Shown piece after piece: positions 36,666-46,139 of a DNA stretch of 64,000 nt (position 1 is its first letter; each line of letters begins with the position of its first letter). The DNA is from a virus, in the UHGV virus genome UHGV-0272730. One strand, given 5' to 3'. The notes beneath the pieces are model-generated. The model saw only the letters and a program-made list of their open reading frames with translations. It was not told where the DNA came from and searched no databases. Both the position numbers and the translations under genes were made by a program.

Positions 36666-37191
36666 GGTTTACCTTAGAAATGTTTGTTGCAAATTCACAT
36701 TGAGCGATAACTTTCATATTGTTATAGACATCTTGAGAGTATTTCTTAGCTTTAGGGATTCTATACGAATACCCAGCATTATATGATGCTAAAACTTTTT
36801 GTAAAGTCTTCTTTGACTTTGGGTGACCATGTACCTTCGTCCAAAACTCAAGCTCTTTATGTGTTTCTTTTGCGGCATAGTCAAAATCTTTTAAGAGTTT
36901 CTTTTTAGCAACATTAGGACTAATTTTGTTACGCTTTACAACAGTCTTCAAGTGATTCTGGAAGATACCATAGTCATGGGTCTTTTTATTTTCTACCTTC
37001 AGACCTAACTCTGACTCTTGTAAGGCTATAGCTGCTAGAGTGATACCCCAACCTTTACCCATGTTGTTCTCACCATACTGGTAAGCTTTTAACATGTTTA
37101 CTTTTTGGCTAATTGATAGCTCTGGGCAGTCAACTGCATAAGATAATTGTGCTGTAAACATTAAGCACAAACCTAGAATCAATTTCTTCAT
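36643..37191 (-). CDS. secreted lytic transglycosylase (SLT domain), putative
   Basis: 182 aa; signal peptide MKKLILGLCLMFTAQLSYA; SLT-like motifs ALQESELG, YGIFQ, SYNAGYSY. Confidence 0.55.
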   Translation of the reverse strand: MKKLILGLCLMFTAQLSYAVDCPELSISQKVNMLKAYQYGENNMGKGWGITLAAIALQESELGLKVENKKTHDYGIFQNHLKTVVKRNKISPNVAKKKLLKDFDYAAKETHKELEFWTKVHGHPKSKKTLQKVLASYNAGYSYRIPKAKKYSQDVYNNMKVIAQCEFATNISKVNHEKIKKV

Positions 37192-37250
37192 TGGTTCTCC
37201 TGTTTAGTTTATCGTGACAACAATTATACAGCACTCTGCACAAAATACAA

Positions 37251-37276
37251 ATAAAAAAGGCCGCCGGAGCAGCCTT
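37251..37276 (-). terminator. rho-independent terminator (flanking tracts on both strands)
   Basis: GGCCGCCGGAGCAGCC hairpin with AAAAAA before and TTTT after on plus. Confidence 0.5.
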
Positions 37277-37291
37277 TTAAGGAATTACTTA

Positions 37292-38401
37292 TTAGATTTC
37301 ACGTTTACGTTGAGAGATGAGTTCACCAGCAGTGCCAACGATGACATGCAAAGCTTCAGTCTTACCATCCCACGCTTTCAGCACTTTACGCTGATTATCA
37401 ACGATTGCTGCAACTTCATAACGGGATGAACGCATCTTCATATCGTTGTAATCAGTTGGAACAGATACAACATCTCGTGGATGGACACGAACCTTCAGGA
37501 TTGTATCACCTGAGAAGCAACGAACGTAATCCCAAGCACCAACATGAAGACCTTGAGAACAAGTTACGTTGCGGTTGTTATCAACCATCCAACGTGGCAT
37601 TTCTACAATGTTACCCAAATCATTAGGCACTTTGTAGGTGTGGGAGTCAACCAGCTTGCCTTCACGAGTAGAGACTTTCTTCCAACCAATGATGTAGCCT
37701 TCCTCATCAATTTCGACATCAAGGTGAGATACGAAGCCCCAAAGTTGTTCTACAGAGTCTTTAGATGGGTTTTCCATCAGTTTTTCGAAGAACATCACAA
37801 GCCGTTCAAAACCTTTATCACCAGTCTTCATCATGTGAAGAATACGGTCAACCAGAGTAGAACGCATCTCAACAGCACCGTAGAATAGCTTGTCACCTTT
37901 GATTGTGATAGCGCCCTGAGTGAAGTTTTCGATAGACTTACGAATGTTCATCAGTTCAAAGGCTTTCTTAAACTCACCTTTCACAACATGAACTACAATC
38001 TCTTGATAGTTCGGATGAGTAGATTCAACAATTTCAGACTCTGAACCGTAAGTCATAATTACAGAGTCACCAGTAATCATGTACTCAATCTTGTCATCTT
38101 TCTGCATAGCTTCATGCAGTTTATTTACTGGAGCTTTCTGTACAGCCTCTTTAACAACCTTTTCAACTGGTTTGCCAGTTTTCTTTTTAACTGACTTAGC
38201 AACTTGCTTTAGGGTCTTCTTAGCTGGCTTAGAAGTTGCCTTTTTCTTACCTTTTAAGGTTGCTTCATGACGCTCTACAGCACGACCAACTGAACGGGTT
38301 GAAGTATTGAACTTCTGTGCGATAGCTGTTTTAGTCAGCTTACCTTCTTTAACCAGTTTGTAAATTTCTGCGTCAATCTGTGCTTTAGTTTTAGTAGTCA
38401 T
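37292..38401 (-). CDS. rIIB-like protein (putative)
   Basis: 369 aa directly downstream of rIIA-like gene; lysine-rich N-terminus with HTH-like segment. Confidence 0.4.
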   Translation of the reverse strand: MTTKTKAQIDAEIYKLVKEGKLTKTAIAQKFNTSTRSVGRAVERHEATLKGKKKATSKPAKKTLKQVAKSVKKKTGKPVEKVVKEAVQKAPVNKLHEAMQKDDKIEYMITGDSVIMTYGSESEIVESTHPNYQEIVVHVVKGEFKKAFELMNIRKSIENFTQGAITIKGDKLFYGAVEMRSTLVDRILHMMKTGDKGFERLVMFFEKLMENPSKDSVEQLWGFVSHLDVEIDEEGYIIGWKKVSTREGKLVDSHTYKVPNDLGNIVEMPRWMVDNNRNVTCSQGLHVGAWDYVRCFSGDTILKVRVHPRDVVSVPTDYNDMKMRSSRYEVAAIVDNQRKVLKAWDGKTEALHVIVGTAGELISQRKREI

Positions 38402-38480
38402 CTTATTACTCTCTCTTGTTAGTTAATAAATCATTTTGTGATGCTATTTTAAGGGGCTTTGAAGCCCCTTGTCAAACACT

Positions 38481-40847
38481 TTAATCGTAAATTGTAGTCC
38501 CTTCTGGAACACACTTCACATCAAAGCCTAAGAACTTACTCACTTCGATGGGTGACACTTTATTCCAATCTAAATGAGAAAGCAAGAAGTTTTCTTGTTT
38601 TCTTTTTGAAAGGTAGTTTGTCACCTTAATGACCATACGGTCACCAGCTTTCTTAATTTTCTTGTACAGCTTTGTATCATTGTCAAGGCAGTCTTTCAAA
38701 GTTTGCAACCTACTAATAGTGTAAGTATATGCAAACGGTGCAGCAACGTATTGGATTTTACCAAACATTGCCTCTACAGCATCTTCATTGCCTTCTAAGA
38801 AGATAGTTTTGTTTGTATCCCGTGAATAACAATAGCCACGAGAAATCTTCCTGTTATTGAACGTAAAGTTTCTGGCAATAATCCAACTGCTTGTAAGGTC
38901 GAGGACACCATTCATATAGATACGTGTCATATACCTGTTATGATTAATCCAATGAACATCAGTTAAGCTGTCGTTCAAGAGCTTCTCATCTACTTCAATC
39001 CAGTCTTCTGGTATCTTTTTCCAATTTGCTTTTCGGAAAACATAGACTGTCTTTCCAATAACATTAGCAACTGACTTAGCTACATCTTCTGGGGATGAGC
39101 AAAAACATTCACCATCAACTGTGTCACCAATTGCCTTAATGTAAAGCTGAGGTTCTTCAATTGTGTCTAAGTCCTCTGACACCTCTTTGTAGGAGGCTAC
39201 ACCTTCTGCTGGAACAGCTTTCCAGAGTTTTACAACACCTCTTACAGCTTCTTTACGCTGGTAATGGTGTTCCTTATCAGACATTTTCACAATCTTTAAC
39301 AAGCTTTTATCAAGTTTGTGCAGATTGATTAAGTCATCTAACTCTTTTTCAGTCGAGAATACAAAGACAATACCATTGTATCTGTGAAACAGACTTGACT
39401 CACTGGCATAGTCTCGACATGCACCACGCAAGATTTGGTTGCGTCCTACAGTCTTCTCAGTACCATTTTTATTGTGACGGTCATTTATAACAAACAAAAA
39501 CTGTTCAATTTGGCTTTTACGCATTGCGCCAAAGATATTGAACATACTTGCCTCTTGAGTGTAGGAAAGTGCTGTTGCACGAATCTTACTCTCTAAAGAG
39601 TTGAACTTGACATAAGCAACTGGGTCATAAAGATAATCTACTTTAGGGATGTTGTTTCCGTTCCTATCAACCTTAATATTACCTTTACCGTCACGTTCAT
39701 AAATGACTGAGCCGTCTTCTGCGTAGATAATTCCACGACGAATGTTTAGTAATTCTTCTTCCAGAGAATCAAGCTTAACGCCTCCCCACTCTAACTTTGG
39801 ACACACAGCATTAAACATCTCTCGTGAGTTCAAACGTAACTCAGCATAAGCCTGTGCAGCATCCATGAGTGTAGGTTGACTGTTAACTTTCTTGATAACA
39901 TCCTTTGTAATTGCTTCAGTTATCTTTTTAGTAGCCTCAATGATAACATTTTTTGTCGTGTCATTCATCTGCAATGCTTCACGAGAAGCTGCAATAGCGA
40001 CTGAACCAATAGGCATGTAGATGTTTACAAGGTCTACGCTCCTACGGAAAAATTCTGGTAATACTTTGAAGAAATCATCACCAAGTAATGCTTCCATGTT
40101 AACAGGGTAGGCAATGTTACCCATCACCACATTAAACTCTGTCCTGTTATCACTAGAACGCCAGCTGTGCTTATGAATCATGGCATCATAAACACCTTCT
40201 TCACGGGCAATGACGTTCATATCTGCTAATACATCGTCGTACTCAATATTACTTTCTGGTTTTACAGTGAAGTATGAGTACACATTCCCAGCTTCTTCAA
40301 AGAACTTTGAGATACGGTGGTCAGCAACCGCCACACGTACAGCTAAACCATTAGGTTCTTTTGTTGGGTTAGTTGTCAGCTTAGTTACTTGAGGGATACC
40401 ATTCTCAAGATAAACAGAGTACTTATTAACAACACCATCAACATAGCTAGATACTGTGAATGACTGAGCAATTGCAAATGGTGACTTTGAGCCGATACCC
40501 ATTGCACCAATGTAGTCATTAGAGTCATTCTTCGTAGAAGCTCCATAGTTTAGGTACAAACTCATAACTTTATCATGAGTCAATCCAGTTCCAAAATCAC
40601 GAACTTCGAAGTAAGGCTCAAAACGAGTAGGTAAATGCACATGGAATGGGATGTTCTCTTTTCCAGCTTCTTTCTGAGCATCTACTGCGTTACATGACAG
40701 TTCACGAATCACTGCCCTTTCTTTAAAGGTATATACACCAGAACTCAAAAGGCTGAACATCTCAGGTGTCATTGTAATCTGTGCTTGAGACGTCTCTAAA
40801 GAAGTTGAACTCTTAATCACTTCTGCGTGGTCATTTACCATGCGCAT
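38481..40847 (-). CDS. rIIA-like protein with N-terminal GHKL-type ATPase motifs
   Basis: 788 aa; RELSCNAVDAQ (N box), VRDFGTGLTHD (DxGxG), GAMGIGSKS (G2 box); size matches phage rIIA. Confidence 0.55.
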   Translation of the reverse strand: MRMVNDHAEVIKSSTSLETSQAQITMTPEMFSLLSSGVYTFKERAVIRELSCNAVDAQKEAGKENIPFHVHLPTRFEPYFEVRDFGTGLTHDKVMSLYLNYGASTKNDSNDYIGAMGIGSKSPFAIAQSFTVSSYVDGVVNKYSVYLENGIPQVTKLTTNPTKEPNGLAVRVAVADHRISKFFEEAGNVYSYFTVKPESNIEYDDVLADMNVIAREEGVYDAMIHKHSWRSSDNRTEFNVVMGNIAYPVNMEALLGDDFFKVLPEFFRRSVDLVNIYMPIGSVAIAASREALQMNDTTKNVIIEATKKITEAITKDVIKKVNSQPTLMDAAQAYAELRLNSREMFNAVCPKLEWGGVKLDSLEEELLNIRRGIIYAEDGSVIYERDGKGNIKVDRNGNNIPKVDYLYDPVAYVKFNSLESKIRATALSYTQEASMFNIFGAMRKSQIEQFLFVINDRHNKNGTEKTVGRNQILRGACRDYASESSLFHRYNGIVFVFSTEKELDDLINLHKLDKSLLKIVKMSDKEHHYQRKEAVRGVVKLWKAVPAEGVASYKEVSEDLDTIEEPQLYIKAIGDTVDGECFCSSPEDVAKSVANVIGKTVYVFRKANWKKIPEDWIEVDEKLLNDSLTDVHWINHNRYMTRIYMNGVLDLTSSWIIARNFTFNNRKISRGYCYSRDTNKTIFLEGNEDAVEAMFGKIQYVAAPFAYTYTISRLQTLKDCLDNDTKLYKKIKKAGDRMVIKVTNYLSKRKQENFLLSHLDWNKVSPIEVSKFLGFDVKCVPEGTTIYD

Positions 40848-40875
40848 AATACTTTCCTCTTAGTTTACTGTTAAA

Positions 40876-41052
40876 TTACTTATTAAACATTTTACCAGAA
40901 CCACCACAAATAGGGCAACAACCTGCTCTTGTATACCCTTCTCCGTTACAGTAGTCACACTTTTTGTGTTCTGCAAAGTACTTACAAAGAAGGCAAACAA
41001 ATATTGCTACACTACCAAGTGACAGTAAAATTTCTATCCAATATGCTTGCAT
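40876..41052 (-). CDS. small membrane protein with C-terminal zinc ribbon (not in ORF track, under 60 aa)
   Basis: 58 aa frame from ATG at 41052: MQAYWIEILLSLGSVAIFVCLLCKYFAEHKKCDYCNGEGYTRAGCCPICGGSGKMFNK. Confidence 0.3.
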   Translation of the reverse strand: MQAYWIEILLSLGSVAIFVCLLCKYFAEHKKCDYCNGEGYTRAGCCPICGGSGKMFNK

Positions 41053-41369
41053 GACTCACCTCTCATGTTTTTGTAAAGGATAAAGCTTCTGTCATGAACG
41101 ATACTTGTAGATACTGCAAAGTTACTTTCAAGCATCTGTTTGTTTGGATTGTAGAAGCTTTTTTTAAACTCGTCAAGCGCAAACTGGTGATGTTGTGGAA
41201 GACCTTTTACACAAACCTTTATTGTGATTGCTGCTGCAACCTTTCCAGTCAGTTCTTCTTTAGCTGCTACTAAAATTTTGTTGAGGAACTTATGACCATC
41301 TTCAGTCTTCTTGATGTTCTCCCAACGTTCTTCTAAGACAATGTTGATGTTCATTTCTTTGATTTTCAT
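41034..41369 (-). CDS. hypothetical protein
   Basis: 111 aa ORF. Confidence 0.4.
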   Translation of the reverse strand: MKIKEMNINIVLEERWENIKKTEDGHKFLNKILVAAKEELTGKVAAAITIKVCVKGLPQHHQFALDEFKKSFYNPNKQMLESNFAVSTSIVHDRSFILYKNMRGESCKHIG

Positions 41370-41383
41370 AGTCTTCTCCAGAA

Positions 41384-41406
41384 ATTAAAAAGGCTCCCGT
41401 AGGAGC
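41384..41406 (-). terminator. rho-independent terminator downstream of NAMPT-like gene
   Basis: Minus strand hairpin GGCTCCTACGGGAGCC followed by TTTTTAATTT. Confidence 0.55.
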
Positions 41407-41422
41407 CTCTTATCATATACTT

Positions 41423-43204
41423 TTAAAGCTGCTTGTCAATATTATTTCGAATATCACCAAGAGTTGTGTAACCAAACTGCTCAGAGTCACTAAAGACTAA
41501 ACGTAAAGCACAAGCTGGGTGGTCAAGTACATCTGCAAAACTCTGGAATCCATAGCCATCTACAGCTTTCAGCTTATCACCATCCCACATAGGTGCTACA
41601 CCACCAAAGGCAGATTTCTTAACACCACTATCTGTTTTAGGGTCTTTTGCAAGCATAATCTCTTTACCACCAATGCTTGCAAGAGTTGCTTTGACAGCAA
41701 ATGCAAAGGTGTCACGAGTCATGTACTGGTAAGTGTAAGAGCCTACACCAAACACTACGTTAGAGCTTGCAAAACCCATTTCATACAGACGCTTCAGGAT
41801 TTCGTTTGCACGTTCCAGAGTGATAGAGTCACCATAGATAAGGCCGATATGCTCATCCAGTACCTTAAACCCTTTAGAGTTAATAGTTCCACCAAAGATG
41901 TTGTACAGTGTCTTAATAGCTCCATCAATCTCAGCTACAGGACGTGTTACAACGTTTGCAGAACCAACCATATAAGCATTTTTCAACATCACTGTATCAG
42001 CAACTTCAAAGTCTTCTCTGTCAACAACCATTTCGTAGCCTTCTGACAGTAGCCATCCAGCAATACCATAGTTGATGTTCTCAAGCTTCATGTTCAGAAC
42101 AGCATTCAACATTGTGTCACTGGCTTCCAGCTTGCTTAGGTGCTCGTAATAAGCCTTCTTAGCACATTCTAAGTGGATTGCTTTATAACCTGTGACAATA
42201 TGTACAGGGTCTCCAGAGTCAGGGCGAATTACCAGTTTGCCATCACGTTCCATAATTTCTTTACGAAGTGCTGGTAAGATTTCTGACACAGTTCTCCAGA
42301 AGTTATAAGTATCTGAAACAATGCTTGCAATACCTGTTGGGTAAGTTTCTGTTAAGAAACGACGGAAGGTTTGTAACTCACCTTTAAAGCGTCTTTCTTC
42401 TTCAATCAACTCATTACCACCTTCCCAAGCAATGTTTGCACACATTACAGAGTGCTCAGTGGCTGGTACAGAACTACCAATATCAGAGATTGGGTAGGAC
42501 TGTCCATAGATTCGTTTAGCCGTGTATACAGCAGGGAAGCTATCAGTCCCTTTAAAGCTGGTTAAGTGACCTACAGCGTTAAATGCGTCATCAGTAAAGC
42601 CGGACATACCACGCATAGCAAAATCATGGCACTGATAAGGTAAATGTAAGTCATTGTCACAAGTAAGGTCAGCCCACTTCTTACAGATGCGTTTGTAATG
42701 CAATGCAATAGTTGCAATGGTGCAAGCCTTCCAAATTTCAGCAGAGAAAGCATCTTCCAGATAACCTGCTACCCAATGAAAACCTGAAACAGTGTTCTGA
42801 AAGACAATCATCGGGACACGCATTGGAACAACTGTGCCTTCTTCTACAGCGTATACTTCAACTGGTAGATAACCTAAGTCGTGAAGTGCTTCCCAATGCT
42901 CTCGACCGATAGCATCTTTACCCAGAACACCATTCATGACTTCTAAGATTTCATCAATGGCTTCTTTTTTATCACGTTCAAAGAAAGTGGCATTCCAGTG
43001 GTCTATCAAGTAATCTTTAACAAAACGTTGAATACCAAAAGCCACTACACCGTCAATTGCTAAGGGGCTGTTAAACCATTTATCACTGCGTGGTGTCAGG
43101 TTCAACATAAGATATTGCGTAGCATCTGGATACTGATATATATGTGATGCCTTGTAAGCATCTGCATTAAGACCTGCTGTTACTGCGTAAAGTGACTTAC
43201 TCAT
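41423..43204 (-). CDS. nicotinamide phosphoribosyltransferase-like (NAMPT/NadV family) enzyme
   Basis: 593 aa; NAPRTase-family motifs SFKGTDS, VIRPDSGDP, IYGDSIT; longer than typical NAMPT. Confidence 0.65.
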   Translation of the reverse strand: MSKSLYAVTAGLNADAYKASHIYQYPDATQYLMLNLTPRSDKWFNSPLAIDGVVAFGIQRFVKDYLIDHWNATFFERDKKEAIDEILEVMNGVLGKDAIGREHWEALHDLGYLPVEVYAVEEGTVVPMRVPMIVFQNTVSGFHWVAGYLEDAFSAEIWKACTIATIALHYKRICKKWADLTCDNDLHLPYQCHDFAMRGMSGFTDDAFNAVGHLTSFKGTDSFPAVYTAKRIYGQSYPISDIGSSVPATEHSVMCANIAWEGGNELIEEERRFKGELQTFRRFLTETYPTGIASIVSDTYNFWRTVSEILPALRKEIMERDGKLVIRPDSGDPVHIVTGYKAIHLECAKKAYYEHLSKLEASDTMLNAVLNMKLENINYGIAGWLLSEGYEMVVDREDFEVADTVMLKNAYMVGSANVVTRPVAEIDGAIKTLYNIFGGTINSKGFKVLDEHIGLIYGDSITLERANEILKRLYEMGFASSNVVFGVGSYTYQYMTRDTFAFAVKATLASIGGKEIMLAKDPKTDSGVKKSAFGGVAPMWDGDKLKAVDGYGFQSFADVLDHPACALRLVFSDSEQFGYTTLGDIRNNIDKQL

Positions 43205-43220
43205 ATTTTATCTCTCTCTC

Positions 43221-43712
43221 TTAGTTATGTCTTGCAAACTCACCATGAAGTTCTATTCGCTTTTTAATTACAGCTTCTTTTGCTTCTTCTACCGTTTTAA
43301 ATCTTCCACAAAAGTATTCTTTATGGTAAAGCATGACTCTTGCTTTGTAAAGACCTGTTTGTTTACAAAAACTTACACCCTTCACACCAGTTTTATTATT
43401 CTTGTATATACCCCTATTCCTCTGATTTTGTGACTTTGTGCTAAGTCTTAAATTATCCAACTTATTATTAGATTTATCAAGGTCTATGTGGTCTATCTCA
43501 TATCCACTTGGTATCTCACCTCCAGACATAATCCATGCAATATTATGTGCATAGTACCTCTTCTTATTTATCTGGACTTGGATATAACCCTTCTTAGACC
43601 TTGTGCCAGCCACATTACCAGCAATAGCGGTACTGCAAAGGGTTACTCTCCAAATTAATAAACCTGTATCTGGTTCATATATTAGGTATCTTTCAAAATA
43701 ACCCTTATTCAT
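43221..43712 (-). CDS. HNH homing endonuclease with AP2 DNA-binding domain
   Basis: 163 aa; IDHIDLDKSNNKLDNLRLSTKSQNQRN (HNH) and GVKGVSFCKQTGLYKARV (AP2-like). Confidence 0.65.
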   Translation of the reverse strand: MNKGYFERYLIYEPDTGLLIWRVTLCSTAIAGNVAGTRSKKGYIQVQINKKRYYAHNIAWIMSGGEIPSGYEIDHIDLDKSNNKLDNLRLSTKSQNQRNRGIYKNNKTGVKGVSFCKQTGLYKARVMLYHKEYFCGRFKTVEEAKEAVIKKRIELHGEFARHN

Positions 43713-43720
43713 ACTGTTAC

Positions 43721-44623
43721 CTAATCAATGGTTGCTACAGTCACTTGACCGTAATGTGTTAAGCCACGGTCTTTAGCTTCACCTAAAGTGTTTGTAGTGT
43801 AGATATGGTCAATACCATTGTCAAGTAAGCTTTCAACACCTTTAGAGAAAATGCCATGAGTTACATAGAGTTCCACACGTTTTGCACCTGCTTCACGAAG
43901 ATGTTTAGCTGCTTCTATGAAGGTTCGACCGCCATCACAGATATCGTCGAGAATCATAACAGTTTTATCGGTCAAATCAACATCATCAAGGATTCGCATA
44001 CCAGTAATTTCACCAGTCTTAAGGTTACGCATTTTAGACATTGTGATATATGGTTTATCCACCTCTTTAGCAGTCTCTTCAGTCTTCTTAGCTGCACCTG
44101 CATCTGGGGCTACCAAGAAATCAATGCGTGGGTCACTTGCAAAGTGTGCTGCTACATCTTTTTGCTTCATGCCCTGAAAGCACTTAAATAAGTTTTCTGC
44201 AACATTGCTGTGAGGGTCAAGAGCACATACTGCATCAAAGCCCATTGCATTAACGAGGTTGGCAAAAGCTTTCAGTGCTGCTGAATCACCTTTGAACATA
44301 TGTCGGTCATATCGAGCATTCGGTAAGAACCCGAAAACAACGGTTTTCATCGCTGATTTATGTGGAACAAGACTGTCAACGGCATCCTTAGCCAAAGCTA
44401 ATGCAAACAGTGTATCTTTATCATATCCCTGCACAGTAAGTATAACATTGTCAATCTTACCAGCATTACGCTCAGTAAACTTAACAAAATCTTCAGAGAA
44501 GTTTCCACCAATTTCTCCAGATGGGAATTGGATGATATTAAATTTTTCTGTGTGGAAGAATTTCTCTTGTGCGGTGACAACGACTTCAATAACAGTTTTC
44601 ATAGTTTTCTCTCTCTCAATCAA
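43721..44623 (-). CDS. ribose-phosphate pyrophosphokinase-like (PRPP synthetase family) enzyme
   Basis: 300 aa; NARYDR (Prs YARQDR-like) and PRTase motif ILDDICDGGRT. Confidence 0.65.
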   Translation of the reverse strand: MIEREKTMKTVIEVVVTAQEKFFHTEKFNIIQFPSGEIGGNFSEDFVKFTERNAGKIDNVILTVQGYDKDTLFALALAKDAVDSLVPHKSAMKTVVFGFLPNARYDRHMFKGDSAALKAFANLVNAMGFDAVCALDPHSNVAENLFKCFQGMKQKDVAAHFASDPRIDFLVAPDAGAAKKTEETAKEVDKPYITMSKMRNLKTGEITGMRILDDVDLTDKTVMILDDICDGGRTFIEAAKHLREAGAKRVELYVTHGIFSKGVESLLDNGIDHIYTTNTLGEAKDRGLTHYGQVTVATID

Positions 44624-44894
44624 AGGTTATGTTTGTTACTGCCATTGCAGATTTGCATTTTGCAGGGTCTACAACGTGATAAAGTACACTACAGTTACCT
44701 GTGCTGTCTGGTACAGGTTTAACCCATTGTTGCTTGACAGTTGGTTCGCCTAAGTCTTTGTAAGAACCATCTGTAAAGTTGTTTACCATCTCAAGTGCAA
44801 TTGGCTCTGGAACATGACCACGTATCATGTACATTTCACAACCATTACCTCCTTCACTGACTAATGGTAAAATCTCCCACTTTTCTTTAGCCAT
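44616..44894 (-). CDS. hypothetical protein
   Basis: 92 aa ORF overlapping downstream gene start. Confidence 0.4.
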   Translation of the reverse strand: MAKEKWEILPLVSEGGNGCEMYMIRGHVPEPIALEMVNNFTDGSYKDLGEPTVKQQWVKPVPDSTGNCSVLYHVVDPAKCKSAMAVTNITFD

Positions 44895-45402
44895 TATAAG
44901 TTGCCCTATAAACTGTCTCGAACTTCAACAGGAGAGATATTGCCAAATCTGTATAGTTGTTGTCAAGCACATCTGGCATATTATTTTTGATATATTTCTC
45001 TTGCTCTTCATAGGTCATCTTAGGGATACTTAGGAGGCTATCTCCTTGCTTCTGGTTATCAGTTTTAGTTTGGATAAACCAGTTTGCACAGTGATATTCA
45101 CCACCTTTTGTAACAGGTTTGTGATGACCTAATGTAAATGTTTGCTTACCCGTATACCTGCAAAGATTGTTCAGTGTTGCAATGGTGTTCTTCACAACAC
45201 ACCATTCATACAGGTTATCTATTGTGTAGTGTGGGTAATAACGGACAAGTGCTCTTTCACGGAAGTTATCACGATTCCAAAGAACCATGTGATTAGAATT
45301 TGAAGGGTCATATTTGTGGGAGTCTATAAACTCTTGACGCTCATCAAAGCTGAGTCTTAGAACTGACATTGCAACCGAACGTTTCAGGTTTGACAGATAC
45401 AT
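44887..45402 (-). CDS. possible HNH-family endonuclease
   Basis: 171 aa; GHHKPVTKGGEYHCANWF segment. Confidence 0.35.
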   Translation of the reverse strand: MYLSNLKRSVAMSVLRLSFDERQEFIDSHKYDPSNSNHMVLWNRDNFRERALVRYYPHYTIDNLYEWCVVKNTIATLNNLCRYTGKQTFTLGHHKPVTKGGEYHCANWFIQTKTDNQKQGDSLLSIPKMTYEEQEKYIKNNMPDVLDNNYTDLAISLLLKFETVYRATYNG

Positions 45403-45453
45403 TTTACCTCCAAAATAAAAAGGGAACCTTTACAGTCCCCTTATAGTATCTGT

Positions 45454-45774
45454 TTACTGAGCTACTTTCAAGATGCTTGTGAATGAAATATCACTCTCAT
45501 CCATAAACTCTTTTGCTTCTCCAGTAACTTTCACAAAGTTATCTAGGCAGATAATCTTCTTATCTTTCTTGCTGTAGGTTAGCTTAACCTTTTCAATATC
45601 TTTCTTAGAGCTTTTCTCTTCATTAAAGAGTTTTACAGCTTCTTTGAATGGGAGGTATGAGCCATCATCATCGCTAATAAAACCTGTACCACAATAGTAG
45701 AAGTTGTATTCTTTAGCCATAAACTGGCACAGTACGAAAATCTGTAATTTACGAGTGTTATAAACTTTGCTCAT
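45454..45774 (-). CDS. hypothetical protein
   Basis: 106 aa ORF. Confidence 0.4.
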   Translation of the reverse strand: MSKVYNTRKLQIFVLCQFMAKEYNFYYCGTGFISDDDGSYLPFKEAVKLFNEEKSSKKDIEKVKLTYSKKDKKIICLDNFVKVTGEAKEFMDESDISFTSILKVAQ

Positions 45775-45776
45775 GG

Positions 45777-46043
45777 TTATTTAACCTTCTTGTTACGTTT
45801 ACGGTTACGAGCTTTCTTAGCTGCTCGTTTAATAGCTGCTGCACCAGATTGGCGGTGGGCTTGTTTCTTACCACCTTTACCACGTCCTACGTAGATGTAA
45901 GGCTGCTGTTCAATTTGGCTTGCAAGAACCTGTGCAACCGCTGAAGCATCTACACCGACCTGCTTTCCAGTCATAGAAACAATTGCTGCTGCTTTTTCCA
46001 GTGCCTTCAAGAATCCAGCTTTCATATTACCTAAAATTCCCAT
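45777..46043 (-). CDS. hypothetical basic protein
   Basis: 88 aa; Lys/Arg-rich C-terminal tail. Confidence 0.4.
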   Translation of the reverse strand: MGILGNMKAGFLKALEKAAAIVSMTGKQVGVDASAVAQVLASQIEQQPYIYVGRGKGGKKQAHRQSGAAAIKRAAKKARNRKRNKKVK

Positions 46044-46139
46044 TTTTAGTCTCTCTCATTAAAGTTTAATACAGAACTTATGAAGTTCTTCTTCAGTGAT
46101 ACCAATTGGAGTTATACCTTAGTCCATTTGCCAGAATAA

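Noticed and set aside
38446-38470. Hairpin AAGGGGCTTTGAAGCCCCTT as an intrinsic terminator
   Set aside because: No flanking U-tract on either strand; probably a structural or processing element only
38481-40847. GHKL-motif protein as a topoisomerase II/gyrase B-like subunit
   Set aside because: No Toprim or transducer region noticed, and it is followed by a candidate rIIB partner; rIIA-like assignment preferred, but unverified
41519-42046. 175 aa plus-strand ORF
   Set aside because: Antisense within the NAMPT-like gene, which has strong family motifs on the other strand
44259-44753. 164 aa plus-strand ORF
   Set aside because: Antisense to the Prs-like gene, which carries PRTase motifs
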